Assembly: GCA_963825865.1 (NCBI GenBank)
Contig: CAWGVG010000013.1
Coordinates: 1-64,000, forward strand
Source of the DNA: an uncultured Nitrososphaeraceae archaeon
Lineage (GTDB): Archaea > Thermoproteota > Nitrososphaeria > Nitrososphaerales > Nitrososphaeraceae
Direction of reading: 5' to 3'
Length of the DNA: 64,000 nucleotides
Part shown: positions 1 through 11,250 of the stretch, piece by piece
How positions within the stretch are numbered: position 1 is the first letter of the stretch
Layout: every line of letters starts with the position of its first letter
The notes under the pieces: model-generated
The model's database searches: none
What the model saw: only the letters and a program-made list of their open reading frames with translations
What the model was told of the DNA's origin: nothing
Translations under genes and position numbers: made by a program

Positions 1-708
1 GCATTGTCATAACTAATTTTGCGCTACTGACACAGCTTGTGGTTCATTATAGTACATGGCAGGCAAAGTACCAGCTGTGTAAGGATGATGCGAATATGTG
101 TCTTATCTATGTAGGACCTGATCAACATGCTTACTTTTCCAAAACCAATCGATCACCACATTAATGAGATGATCACGCAGTTAAAAGGAATCTCAATCTA
201 TACTGCATAACATAATTTTGTATAAGTACAAAAGTGTTTAACCAGAGAGCAGATGCGTTCATTGACTTGATGAAATTATGTTAAAAGTATAGATAAATAA
301 ATTTGAAGCTTGTTTCACCAAAATAATGTCTGAAATGATGGTCTGAGAAGGATTTGACTCCGACCCATAGAAGGGTTCACTTGTTTTTGTTATATATTTG
401 TTCAAGTTTTCTATTTATTTAATTTGCGAATCGAACGTTCGTATTAATCTGAATTATCATCCGATCATTTGATATTTTATATTTAAATATTAATACTATT
501 TGAAAGCGCCACCACCACAGTTTTCAATTGGAGGACCGTTAAATACTGGATGATCATTCGAGGGAGTCTGTGGACCATCTTTGTTTATAAAGCCATTCTC
601 GTTAGGATTAGGAGTTATTCCTGTTGCTCCTCCTCCTCGCTCTGTGTTCGATCGACAATGTTACCGTCATCTTCGGGTATTCCTGAGGACGTTGTTCCTA
701 CTCCATCA

Positions 709-966
709 CTACTTTTGAATCACTACTTTTACTATCGCTACCACCACTATCAAAAAAGCCTTTGCTTGAATCTCCCCGCCATTACTACCGCCTTTGTCGC
801 CGGCGCCGTCACTTCCGCCACCTCCACCTCCGCTGCCTTCCACCTTTACTACTGTGCCTACTACCGCCACTGCTACCTCCTCCATCACTTCGATCCTTCC
901 TCCACCTGATGATTTGGTAGCATAAACATAACTGCTGTTTATTATACTCCCTTCAGGTCCACTCAT
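709..966 (-). pseudogene. Gly/Ser-rich low-complexity protein, fragment or frameshifted
   Basis: GGGGGGSDGAGDKGGSNGG tract; Gly-rich reading alternates between frames. Confidence 0.35.
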
Positions 967-1136
967 TACTAGAATCTAGTTATAACTCAATGCTATCAAT
1001 AATAGGTAAATAAGTAATAGTTCATTTGATATTTTTGATAGTTATACTAATAAGTCTGTAGTAAATTATATCATATAAATCAGCAGTAACTTACTCAAGT
1101 CAAATATACAGATGGCATCATATTCCGAATATAGAT

Positions 1137-1867
1137 ATGAACAACACAATAACGAGAACTCTAGCGTTAGTAGCTGTCTTTATGGCAGCAACATTAGTAG
1201 TAGGAACATTAGCAACGATGGCAACATCAACGCAGTCCGCATATGCTTATGCTAAGAAACTACCACGACAAGACGATAAAAAAAGACAAGAGATAATGGA
1301 AGTGGAAATGGTAACGACAACACAGTTACCATCGAGGACTGCAAAAACAGAGGGTCAGCAAGTGGATTTGATACAAAAACAAACCAAGAATGTGAAAACC
1401 TGATATGGACCTATCCAGGTGAAAATGCAACTTTACACAAGAAGGAGTTATATCTACTCTACCAACACCAACACCAACTAAAACTCCAACATCAATACAG
1501 GTCAGTGGACAAGGAGAAGGGGAAACCTTTTGTCCAGGAAGCCCAATTCCAATACCATTAATAACATCTATAACATTTTCTGTTAAGCAAAGTGGAAGTG
1601 CTGCAGTACAAGGACAGTTCGAGGTATTTGTTGGCCCAGGTTTTACAAAAACAGGTACCTTGGATAGTGTAACAAATAACTGGAAACTCATTTACCATTA
1701 CTGGAACAGAACTTTCACAGGGCCCTATTGCGCATTGTGGAAGCGCGCAACTTCCTTCAAGTGCTACCATGACTGGACAATGTGGAACAGGTGAAACAAT
1801 ACAATTTGCAACTGCTGACGGAGAACATGCAACATTCACAGGTAACGTGGAATGTACTACTACTTGA
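1137..1867 (+). CDS. Secreted protein of Nitrososphaera type, frameshifted
   Basis: Signal peptide MNNTITRTLALVAVFMAATLVVGT...SAYA; continues in other frames as DNGSGNGNDNTVTIEDCKNRGSASGFDTKTNQECENL, a PT-rich linker, and ...TFTGNVECTTT*. Confidence 0.6.
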
Positions 1868-2189
1868 TACAGAAAGAGTGTTAAACTAGTAGCAAAGCAT
1901 TCAATGCCAGTAAAGGACTTTGCTTCGGACACGGGCCTTAGCGGTTAGCTAAAAACAAACAAACAAACTTCCTATATTTTTCTGTGAGTATATTGATAAT
2001 GTCTTTTTAATATATCAGACATAGATTAATTTATAATTTAGTTATAATTGAATGGTACTACTGACAGGCAAATAAGTAATCTACATCAGGTTCTGTTAAC
2101 TAGCGAGTCATAGCAAAAATTTCCTAATCTATATAACTCAATAAATCTGATTTACCTGTCAGCTTAAGGTTTGATTATGGATTCGTTTA

Positions 2190-2549
2190 TTAACGAATCA
2201 ATGCTTGTTGCGCGTTATTCTTTATTTCCTGTTGATTGTTTAGTTCTTTGACTATTTTCTCCTGTTCTTGTTTTGGAAGGATTTTCTCTTCATCTAAATC
2301 AAATAACCAATAATGAGACGATACTATTGCACCTTCTAATTCCCTAGGAATAACACCGAAAGCCCCATATTTAGCATCTAGCTCAGCAACTATAAACTGT
2401 CCTGCTTTGACTACTTTTTGTTTCTTTGTTTTTATTCTCTTACCATACATAGACTTTCTGAAAAAGATGCCTTGACCATGCAATTTGACCGTGATTAGCT
2501 GATATTCTTTCTCATCATTTATTGTTATATATTCTTTGTTTTCCTTCAT
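2190..2549 (-). pseudogene. Type I R-M specificity subunit (HsdS/TRD-like) fragment
   Basis: VKAGQFIVAELDAKYGAFGVIP...AIVSSHYWLF followed by P-x-x-EQEKIV helix; far too short for a full S subunit. Confidence 0.65.
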
Positions 2550-2615
2550 AAAGGCATGTCTCTTCTGGCTCTTTTTCTATCATTTCAAACAAGCCGCCAG
2601 GACCATTGAAGTTTG
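2540..2615 (-). pseudogene. Short remnant of terminase-like ATPase gene
   Basis: NGPGGLFEMIEKEPEETCLY matches NALDGLFEHMEKEDEETCIY at ~32075-32135. Confidence 0.5.
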
Positions 2616-2920
2616 CATACACTACAAGAAAAATTGTGGCTACTGTAGTAAACTCAGATGATATAGATGGGGTTGTGGAGAGAATGAAGAAAGCTCTTAG
2701 CGTATATAAGGCAGTTGTCATGATTCAGCCAATAGATGATCTTGTAATACTTTAAGATGATAATAGGTGTTGTACAGAACTTATCAATTTCTATGACATG
2801 GACAAAATGGAACGGCTTTACTAGGCCGTCAACTTAATTCTTTGTACTTTTTCAGAAAGTGTTTCAAAGGCTTCGTCACCTAACTCATCTTTTATGCTAT
2901 CCAATATCTCAACCGATCTC

Positions 2921-3025
2921 GATTACGATGATGATGAAAACTCAGATAAAGAAGGAGAAGTAAAACAGGAAGAGCAAACTGGCGAAATAACAACTGCTAG
3001 AACCACAACAAATCAAGTTTTCTAA
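2921..3025 (+). pseudogene. Acidic C-terminal remnant of the 45082-45315 family
   Basis: DYDDDENSDKEGEVKQEEQTGEITTARTTTNQVF* versus DYDEDEDQLEEEELTTEMTVNRVF*. Confidence 0.5.
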
Positions 3026-4032
3026 AGTAAGAAATTCTTTTACGTGATGATTTAAATTAATGTCTAAATCTACGTTCGAATTTCCGCCTTAGGGCTATTG
3101 CTAATAAACCAAAAGTAAGGTAGTACATCACAGCAGACAGAAGACAAAAAGGAAAAGAACGAATGTTACTACTATAGATAATAACGAAATATGATGATAG
3201 TAAATGAGATTGTTGTTACAAACAAAAAATTGAGGAAGATATTTGTTATGTGTTACTATCAGCTGTGTATAACAAGTACCAGTTATTATTGCTGCTTCCG
3301 TTCTTATCATGTTCATACTGCTGGTTTAGGTAGTACCAATATTTGGCCAACCATGTTTGGTACTGAACCACCGTCTTGAACTGCTCAAGCTATTCCTGAC
3401 TCTGTGCCAAGCCCGGTGTGTCAATCATACATTTACTACAAAGTCATTTAAGGTATGAACTACAATATTTTCCGTATGTGTGGTTTGGATTATGAAAGCG
3501 TAACGAACGGCCACAAAAAGGAACACAATAAACAGCATATTGAAGATCTGCACAAACAAAAAGAATTTACAAAAGCAATGGAGGGACCCGGTGGATATTT
3601 CCGAGAGCCTGGTGGCTACATAGTAGACAAACGAAACACCAAAGACTGAGTCAAAAGTGTTTACACATTGCCTTCTCTATAAGCATGTAACAGGATCAAT
3701 GGCTTTGATGGTGTATCGTCTATCTTTCCAATTAACAGCATTTTTCTTAGCAGCATGTTAAAGAAAATAGTAGTAGACTAATAAATCAGTCTAAATAGTC
3801 TATTTATGGGAGGTATTAGACTATTTCTTGTGTAATAATGTGAAACTCTCAAAACAAGATAAATCAGATGTAATTCAAATTATTAGTTCAACTGGAGCAA
3901 GACTACCAGATCTGCGTCTTTTAGCTAATAACATAAACAAAAAAACTGCTTGTTCTATGAAGCTCTTCGCTAAATGGAATTGAGTCTCCCTTGGGGAGTA
4001 ATGTCTTTTATATCATTTGTTATAGGGCATCT

Positions 4033-4534
4033 ATGAACAAGTTCGTTATGCAAAAAATAGCTCCTCATTTGTGGTTTGACGACAATGCAGAAGAAGCAGC
4101 AAAATTTTATACATCTATTTTCAAAAACTCAAAAATCATTGATATTGCGCATTATGGAGAATCAGCTGCAGAGGTCTCAGGAAGACCAAAGGGAACCGTA
4201 ATGACTGTGAGCTTTGAACTTGAAGGACAACGATTCATGGCCTTAAACGGAGGTCCTGTTTTCAAATTCTCACCAGCTATATCATTTCTCGTAAGGCTGC
4301 GAAACACAGGAAGAAGTGGATAACCTGTGGGAAAAACTCTCTGAAGGAGGAGAAATAGAGCAGTGCGGATGGTTAGAAGATAAGTTTGGTGTTTCATGGC
4401 AGATTGTTCCCAATGCCTTGGCTGAAATGGTGCAGGATAAAGATGTAGAGAAATCGGAAAGAGTCATAAAGGCAATGCTTCAAATGAAGAAAATCGACAT
4501 ACAAGGCCTGAGGAAGGCATACGCGGAGGGTTAA
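4033..4534 (+). CDS. VOC/PhnB family (3-demethylubiquinone-9 3-methyltransferase-like) protein, 1-bp frameshift at ~4295
   Basis: [53 protein letters not shown]. Confidence 0.9.
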
Positions 4535-4542
4535 TAGAAGAC

Positions 4543-5120
4543 TTGAGAAAGTTAAAACTACAAGTGCAAATGTCCATAGACGGCTACATTACAGGGCCCA
4601 ACGGCGAGATGGACTGGATGGTTTGGAATTGGGATGACAAACTCAAAAATTATGTATTTGAATTAACTGAACCCGTAGATACTATTATTCTAGGTCGAAA
4701 GATGACAGATGGCTTTGTTTCATATTGATCAGAAATAATGACTAAACCTGATGACCCTTTCTATGAGTTTGCAAAAAAGATGATAGAAACACCAAAAGTT
4801 GTTTTTACTAAAACACTAAAAAAATCGCAATGGACGAATACAGCTATTGCTACAGGCGACCTTACGGACGAAATCATAAAGCTAAAGAGTAAAAAGGGCA
4901 GGGATATCATCGTGTATGGCGGCGCATCATTTGATTCTTCATTGATTTTAAAGCGGGGCTGATTGACGAATTTCATTTGTTTATCAATCCTGCTGTAATT
5001 GGAAGAAGTGGCATGACAATATTCAAAGACATAAACGAGATCCAAAAATTCACCATGGTTAAGTCGACGCCCTTTGACTGCGGAATAGTTGAGCTTCACT
5101 ATGAGCCAAGTAGAACCTGA
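4543..5120 (+). CDS. Dihydrofolate reductase/RibD C-terminal family protein with in-frame TGA and frameshift
   Basis: MRKLKLQVQMSIDGYI, DTIILGRK, DIIVYGG, then GLIDEFHLFINP...GIVELHY in the next frame. Confidence 0.85.
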
Positions 5121-5593
5121 CAAATACACGATTGAAAGTATGTAAACTATGAGAAGCCTGGAATGAATACTTCAGCAGGCAGAAGACAGGAGAGAAAAAA
5201 GATACAGGCGTGTATTAGGTCTATTAGGATTAGAGTGAGATCTGTAGAAGATAAAATCAGGACAACAAAAAGTGGTAAATAAATTGCACCTTCAGAAATA
5301 CATAATCCTGTTGCTTTTCCAAATATCTTTTCCTTGAATTATTATTATCAGTAAGTAGTAGTATCCCACATAGGTAACTAGAAAAGTAATGAAGAAATAG
5401 TTTTCAAGCTATACAGTTGCACCCGTAAATAAGAACAATAACAATATTATTACTCCTGCACCACCGACAAAGTCCTGGATATCCATTCAGCTTATTCTTT
5501 GCAACTTCTGATGTGTCACCTAGTGCTGCGTAGTGTAATAATAAAAAGTATTACAGATTGTACTAGTATTTTAGTTCGATGATTTTACATCTT

Positions 5594-6049
5594 TCATGGA
5601 CTATTCGAAAGTGAATCAACAAGTTCCCTGAATTCATGTGAACGACTATCCTTTGTTTTGTCCCATACTTTCTTGAATTTTGGAATTGTCATCATTGATT
5701 TAGCTGTGGCTTCCCATCGTGACCAAAGTTCTGCATCAATCATTTTCGTTTTGTAAAGACGGAAAATGAACTCTAACATGTCAAAGGACTGAATTATGAT
5801 ATAATATTGCTGAGGACTATCAACTAAGGAATAATATTTAGAAACTACTGGACTTTCCTGTGACATTTGTAGATATTCTTTGCTATTGATATTATTAAAA
5901 AGAAGCTGCGTGGTTGTAGCATATGCCTGTTGTATACTTTGACTAGACATACTTTTTTTCATTGCCGAGAATTGAAGTATGGATACAATCAGTGCACCTC
6001 CGTAGATGATTGGACTAATTACTTGGATGTATTCTCCCAATTGGACCAT
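5594..6049 (-). CDS. Membrane-anchored hypothetical protein
   Basis: Intact 151-aa ORF with N-terminal TM helix and helical domain (FDMLEFIFRLY...IDAELWSRW). Confidence 0.65.
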   Translation of the reverse strand: MVQLGEYIQVISPIIYGGALIVSILQFSAMKKSMSSQSIQQAYATTTQLLFNNINSKEYLQMSQESPVVSKYYSLVDSPQQYYIIIQSFDMLEFIFRLYKTKMIDAELWSRWEATAKSMMTIPKFKKVWDKTKDSRSHEFRELVDSLSNSP

Positions 6050-6589
6050 ATTGTCCTTACTTGGTGCTCGTTAGAACTAATAATATATCGGTATGGATAA
6101 CTCAAGCTGATTAAAGTAACAGGAGACAAAATTGTGATTGGTAAAGCCAATAGATAGTATGTAGCTGTCTTGGTAGTTAGTTGAGGACCTGCATGTTTGA
6201 AGAAGAGTTAATAATACTTTGTATGTAGTAAGTATTCCTTCATGGATACTGCCTGTTCTTGGTTGAGGCAAGACCATGTTATAACTATACCACTGGTAGT
6301 ACATACCGGTTCTTAATCCATGGCTGTTTGCAATTTGATATTCTCCTGTATCAGAATTACAGCATAGTTCTTATCTCCCACATTTTTGAGGAGTCAAAAA
6401 GAAATAGTGAGGAATTTGTCAGTTGCAAAAATTTTCCTATTTTGTGTCTACACAAAATCGATGACAAATGTTATTCTTCTAAAAAACTAGGTATAAATAT
6501 AATCTTAAACATGAAAATGGAACATCTTTTGAAGACCCTCATAGGAAATGGAACATCTCTCAATATACTCAACAGAGGCATTGCTAAAT

Positions 6590-7050
6590 AGGTAAGACTG
6601 ATCACTAATATCATATTCATAAACAAATTAAAAAGCAATGGATTTTGTACTAAGAAAAAACTGAGAATATATTGTGCCAGCGAGCTGATGCAGTACGCTC
6701 CAATGAATGCAACTATTGCCATTTTTCCATTTAGGAGGAGCAATTATAGCTTTCGAGTCTGGTAGAGTAAACCATGTCTCCATACCAGTAGCTTTCTGTA
6801 AATATGGGGCACAGTAATTGTTTACTTCTTCTATTAGCTTGTGCGATTCTTCTGAATTTTCCCATGCATCAAGAGAGGCCTTGTCTCTAAATCTGTGAAT
6901 TATATGTCTTATGGCTGCTGAATCGGTACTTCCCTAATTGTTGTTGTTCCTAGGTACCCAGGCACTTTCCTCCCTAACATCAAATAGCGTCTCTGCCAGT
7001 CATCATAATCCTTTTCACAACCAGGTTTTATCTTCCTATTAACAACTATA
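6590..7050 (-). pseudogene. Antibiotic biosynthesis monooxygenase (ABM)-like membrane protein, degraded
   Basis: Reverse reading IIHRFRDKASLDAWENSEESHKL, then KMAIVAFIGAY...LTYLAMPLL TM helices; several frameshifts. Confidence 0.55.
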
Positions 7051-7227
7051 GAAGCTTGCTTTAGGAAAATAAATATAAAATGCTAATAGCAGCAGCGATT
7101 TGTAAAGTAAAAAGCATAAAACCAAAGGATGAAGATCTGGCTTATGTTACTATAACTTCCAAGCTTAGCAGAACCTGCCAAGAATATTTTAATACACGGT
7201 TATTCAAGAGTTCTTAGAAAAGGTATT

Positions 7228-7452
7228 ATGGTGAAACTATCTTGCAAAGAGTCAGGATTAGAATGCGATTACATAGCAGAAGGTAGAACAGTAGATGAGG
7301 TCTTAAAGCATATTTCTGAACACGCTGTAAATGTTCATAGTATTGGAGTAGAAGACATATATGAAGAAAATACATCTGCCGCCTTTTTATGCCAAGCCAT
7401 AGGTAAAATGACATCATCATCAACCTACAATGATAATAATAAGGAAAATTAG
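7228..7452 (+). CDS. DUF1059 family small metal-binding protein
   Basis: LSCKESGLECDYIAEG..DEVLKHISEHAVNVH. Confidence 0.75.
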   Translation: MVKLSCKESGLECDYIAEGRTVDEVLKHISEHAVNVHSIGVEDIYEENTSAAFLCQAIGKMTSSSTYNDNNKEN

Positions 7453-7545
7453 ATTAGATTAATTGTGTATGTATGAAACGGTGGATTTAGCGAGAGTGTA
7501 TAATACAATTCTTAATAAATAACAAGTTATCTCTATCGTTTAGCA

Positions 7546-8229
7546 ATGAAAGTGCTTTCTGTAAACGTTGGGCTTCCAAAGAAAGTACTCTTTAATGGGC
7601 AAAATGTAACTACTGCAATTTTCAAGGACCCAGTCAAAGGTCCTATCATGTTACGAAAGCTTAATCTTGATGGTGACAAACAAGCTGATTTAACGGTACA
7701 CGGTGGAGTGGATAAGGCAGTGTATTCTTATCCAGCCGAACATTATGATTACTGGCGTAAACAATTTCCTAACATTGGTCTTATATGGGGAATGTTTGGT
7801 GAGAATTTCTCGACTGAAGGATTAATGGAAGATGCTGTTAACGTTGGTGATCAATTTCAAATTGGATCTGCAAAGCTCGTGGCAACACAACCTCGAATGC
7901 CATGTTATAAACTTGGTATCAGGTTTGGACGTATGGATGTAATTAGAAGGTTTCTGGCAAGTGGTCGACCTGGAATTTACTTTAAGGTATTAAAAGAAGG
8001 ACAAGTTCAAGTTGGTGACAAGATAGAGATTATCAGTAAAGATAAAAATAATGTTACTGTGAAAGATATTGTTCGCCTTTACGCAACTAGAGATCATGCA
8101 ATAGACAACGTTGAAACTATGAGGCGCGCAATAAAAATAAGTGCTTTGCCAGAAGGGTGGAGATATGAATTCCAACAAAATATTGAGCAAGTGGAACGCA
8201 AGTCACAGAATTCATATTATCAATATTGA
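7546..8229 (+). CDS. yiiM: MOSC domain protein (YiiM-like) with 3-alpha domain
   Basis: GDKQADLTVHGGVDKAVY, FGENF, TQPRMPCYKL, RPGIYFKVLKEG. Confidence 0.9.
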   Translation: MKVLSVNVGLPKKVLFNGQNVTTAIFKDPVKGPIMLRKLNLDGDKQADLTVHGGVDKAVYSYPAEHYDYWRKQFPNIGLIWGMFGENFSTEGLMEDAVNVGDQFQIGSAKLVATQPRMPCYKLGIRFGRMDVIRRFLASGRPGIYFKVLKEGQVQVGDKIEIISKDKNNVTVKDIVRLYATRDHAIDNVETMRRAIKISALPEGWRYEFQQNIEQVERKSQNSYYQY

Positions 8230-8762
8230 ATTTCTCTTCTATCAAATAATAATATACTACGAGAGTTAAACATTCAAATCCACATCATTGGCATTTACTA
8301 TAATCCATGAAACTATTATGAAGTCCTTAAATGGTCAAGCTTGTTTATTAGTAGTCCCATACTTGCTTGTTTATTTAGTGTCTATTTTGTGTATATTTTA
8401 CGTTATTTACTATTATGCACTTCTCATAAGTTCAGTTTTTCTTATCAAAGTCGATGCGCTCTGTAACGGCATATCATCACCAAACCCAAAGCAAAGATAT
8501 ATTGTTGGATCTACCAAAGAAAAAATGGCAATTAATTAGCGTTATAATATACAAATATGTGCGTGACACGAATGTACCTAGTAAGATCCTACGCCGTTCA
8601 TCCTTCTTCTTTTGTTATTATGATACCTTTTGCATCATTTCGTCCCATAGTGCTGTATATTGGAAAGTGTGTAGTGTCCCAACAACACTATATTCTAGAC
8701 ATTGCTTTATAGACAAAGCCCATTTTTATGATTATGATTTAGCATAAGTCGGTCGGTCAACT

Positions 8763-9203
8763 TCACTGTATTCCCCTTGCTTTTAGGTATGCATGAGCTA
8801 TATTTATCATGGTCTGATTATTTCCGAGCTCATGCTTTACTATCATATCTGTAATGGGACCATCCCAAGTAAAGCTTAGTGTTCCATTCGTAGCCATTGA
8901 ATATGGAACAATCAATTCTTCCACGCAAACCAATACATTGTGTTGTGCAGTTAAAATATTCTGTTCTTCAGCGGAAAGAATATTGTGCAATTTTGCTATA
9001 TTGCTAAGCCTATCGTGATTTTGAATCGCCCTGTCAATATTATTGATGTTTAGTGCCAATATTGAAGTGGGCCTCGCATAAACGAATTGTCCAAATGGAA
9101 GTAAAATTAAAGATAAAGATAGAATCGCTAATATAGTCATGAATTCTCTAGTAGAACATCTAAATAACTTGCGCATTTTTACTGGAATTACAACCTTAAT
9201 CAT
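8763..9203 (-). CDS. Hypothetical secreted protein
   Basis: Hydrophobic signal-like segment ending VYA; 146-aa ORF. Confidence 0.5.
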   Translation of the reverse strand: MIKVVIPVKMRKLFRCSTREFMTILAILSLSLILLPFGQFVYARPTSILALNINNIDRAIQNHDRLSNIAKLHNILSAEEQNILTAQHNVLVCVEELIVPYSMATNGTLSFTWDGPITDMIVKHELGNNQTMINIAHAYLKARGIQ

Positions 9204-10182
9204 ATACTAGACCTTGCAGTGATGGTTTATCATACCCCGTTTGTCATCTCTTAGTTTGTAGTTTTTGCAAGCCTAAACACCAAATGAAGTTTCAACATTA
9301 CCTTACATACAAGTATGTTTTGATTGGTTCGATCTGTTTCCTATTCCTGGAGTACTTTATGAATAAATGAGATCGCAATTGATCCTTCGCCACTCGCAGT
9401 GGGCGAAGAAACAAAGTAGCGGAACTTGACAGCCAGGGCCATAGTCAGCCAGAGATGGTATCTATATTGCAAGTAAGTATTGGTACAGTAAATAGAGATT
9501 TATCAAGTCCATTCTGCTCAAGAAATCAACAAGCCTCCAGAAGGTCCGCGAGAAGTCCTAGATAGAACTAGAGACATCATAAACTGGAGTAAAACAAGAC
9601 AATCTATCGTAATATCCAAGATTATATCAATTAGAAATACGTTTATTGATGAGCTCTATGGTTTAATTGAAAAGAATGCAGATCATCTTAAAGTAGAGGG
9701 AACATCTTAACTTAATTAGTCAAAAGTATAGAAGATTATCCGAACATGGAGCAACAGTAGACAAAATAGTAAGCATAATAAGCGATAACAAGAGTTCACA
9801 AGTATATAACTGTACAAACGTACTGACAGCAGTAAAAGACTCAATTAAAGAAGGGGAATTAAAGACTAATGAGATTCTCAAGAATGGTTTTTAGCCCTTA
9901 GTAGTACTAGTTATATTTCCTCTGTTATCATTTCTTGATTGGATATTCAATACATTACTAAAAGACTTCCATTGCCTTTACCTGTGAATTCAACAGCCAA
10001 AGATCTAGCAGGATCATTGAAGCACCAGAGATAAATGACAAGAAGAATATGTCTAAACTGACAATGACCACCTATTGCAGTTTCGCTAAAGCCTTTTAGT
10101 CCCTTAGTATAGACAACAATCCAGATTATAGACATCAGAAAAGCAGATGCCATAACCTCAATTCCAAAAATTACAGGATTTT

Positions 10183-11250
10183 TTAGATTAATGTTCGGCA
10201 TTCACTAGTTACTACTATATCATCTACGTGCCTACAATCATTCTTATAATAACAAGACATAAAGCTCGCTATACCTGCAGATGCTGGAATTGTTATTATC
10301 CATGCATAAATAATACGCCTACCAATCCCCCATCTAACAGCAGATAACCTCTTTGTTGACCCCGCACCCATTATTGCACCAGATATAGAATGGGTAGTGC
10401 TTACAGGTATACCTAACCAGGCCATAGCAGTTAATACTACTCCACCTCCAGTCTCCGCACAAAAACCTTGATAAGGTCTTAAGCTAGTTAGTTTAAATGC
10501 CATTGTCTTTACTATTCTCCATCCTCCAAAGAAAGTGCCAAGTGCAATAGCTGTAGCGGCAACGAGTATAACTGGAATAGGAACGACAAAAGATTTAGAG
10601 TCCAAAAAACCTCCTGTTATCAGTAGAGCAGTAATCACTCCCATAGTCTTCTGACCGTCGTTTGAACCATGGGTAAGTGAATAAAATATGGATGAAAATA
10701 CCTGCAGTCTGCCAAAGACTCTATTTACTCTCAATGCACGGGTATTTCGCAGAAAATATATCAACAAGACTGAAAATCCAGAAGCTGCAATAAAACCTAG
10801 TATAGGAGATGCAACCATAAATATTAGAACCTTTTCTACACCAGCCATCACTATTGCTTTTATACCACCTGCTATAAGCGCAGATCCGACCAGACCGCCA
10901 ATCAAAGCATGGCTACTTGATGAAGGAAGTCCAAAATACCAAGTAATCAAATCCCACACAATAGCTCCAATCAATCCTGCAAGAATAATGTAGACAGTAG
11001 AGAATTCTGGTTGAATTATACCCTTGCCAACGGTTGCTGCTACCGATGTACCAAAAATAAACGGGCCAGCGAAATTTCCTAACGCCGCAATACCAACAGC
11101 AGGGAGTGGCCTTAAAACCCTTGTTCCTACAATAGTTGCAATGGAGTTAGCTGAATCATGAAAACCATTAACAAAGTCAAAAAATAAAGCGACTGTTATT
11201 GTTCCATATACAATAAATGCTAATTCCGTTGTCAACTGGATTACCTGCAT
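10183..11250 (-). CDS. pit: Inorganic phosphate transporter, PiT family (C-terminus probably frameshifted)
   Basis: Both PiT signatures NGFHDSANSIAT and HGSNDGQKTMG; GIPVSTTH. Confidence 0.95.
   Translation of the reverse strand: MQVIQLTTELAFIVYGTITVALFFDFVNGFHDSANSIATIVGTRVLRPLPAVGIAALGNFAGPFIFGTSVAATVGKGIIQPEFSTVYIILAGLIGAIVWDLITWYFGLPSSSSHALIGGLVGSALIAGGIKAIVMAGVEKVLIFMVASPILGFIAASGFSVLLIYFLRNTRALRVNRVFGRLQVFSSIFYSLTHGSNDGQKTMGVITALLITGGFLDSKSFVVPIPVILVAATAIALGTFFGGWRIVKTMAFKLTSLRPYQGFCAETGGGVVLTAMAWLGIPVSTTHSISGAIMGAGSTKRLSAVRWGIGRRIIYAWIITIPASAGIASFMSCYYKNDCRHVDDIVVTSECRTLI

Noticed and set aside
339-361. Reverse complement GGAGTCAAATCCTTCTCAGACCA resembles a tRNA 3' end
   Set aside because: No cloverleaf upstream; too short and degenerate to call a tRNA
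550-909. 119-aa plus-strand ORF
   Set aside because: Antisense shadow of the Gly-rich low-complexity sequence
9385-9408. GC-rich hairpin CTTCGCC...GGCGAAG
   Set aside because: Single copy, no associated element or U-tract; function unsupported
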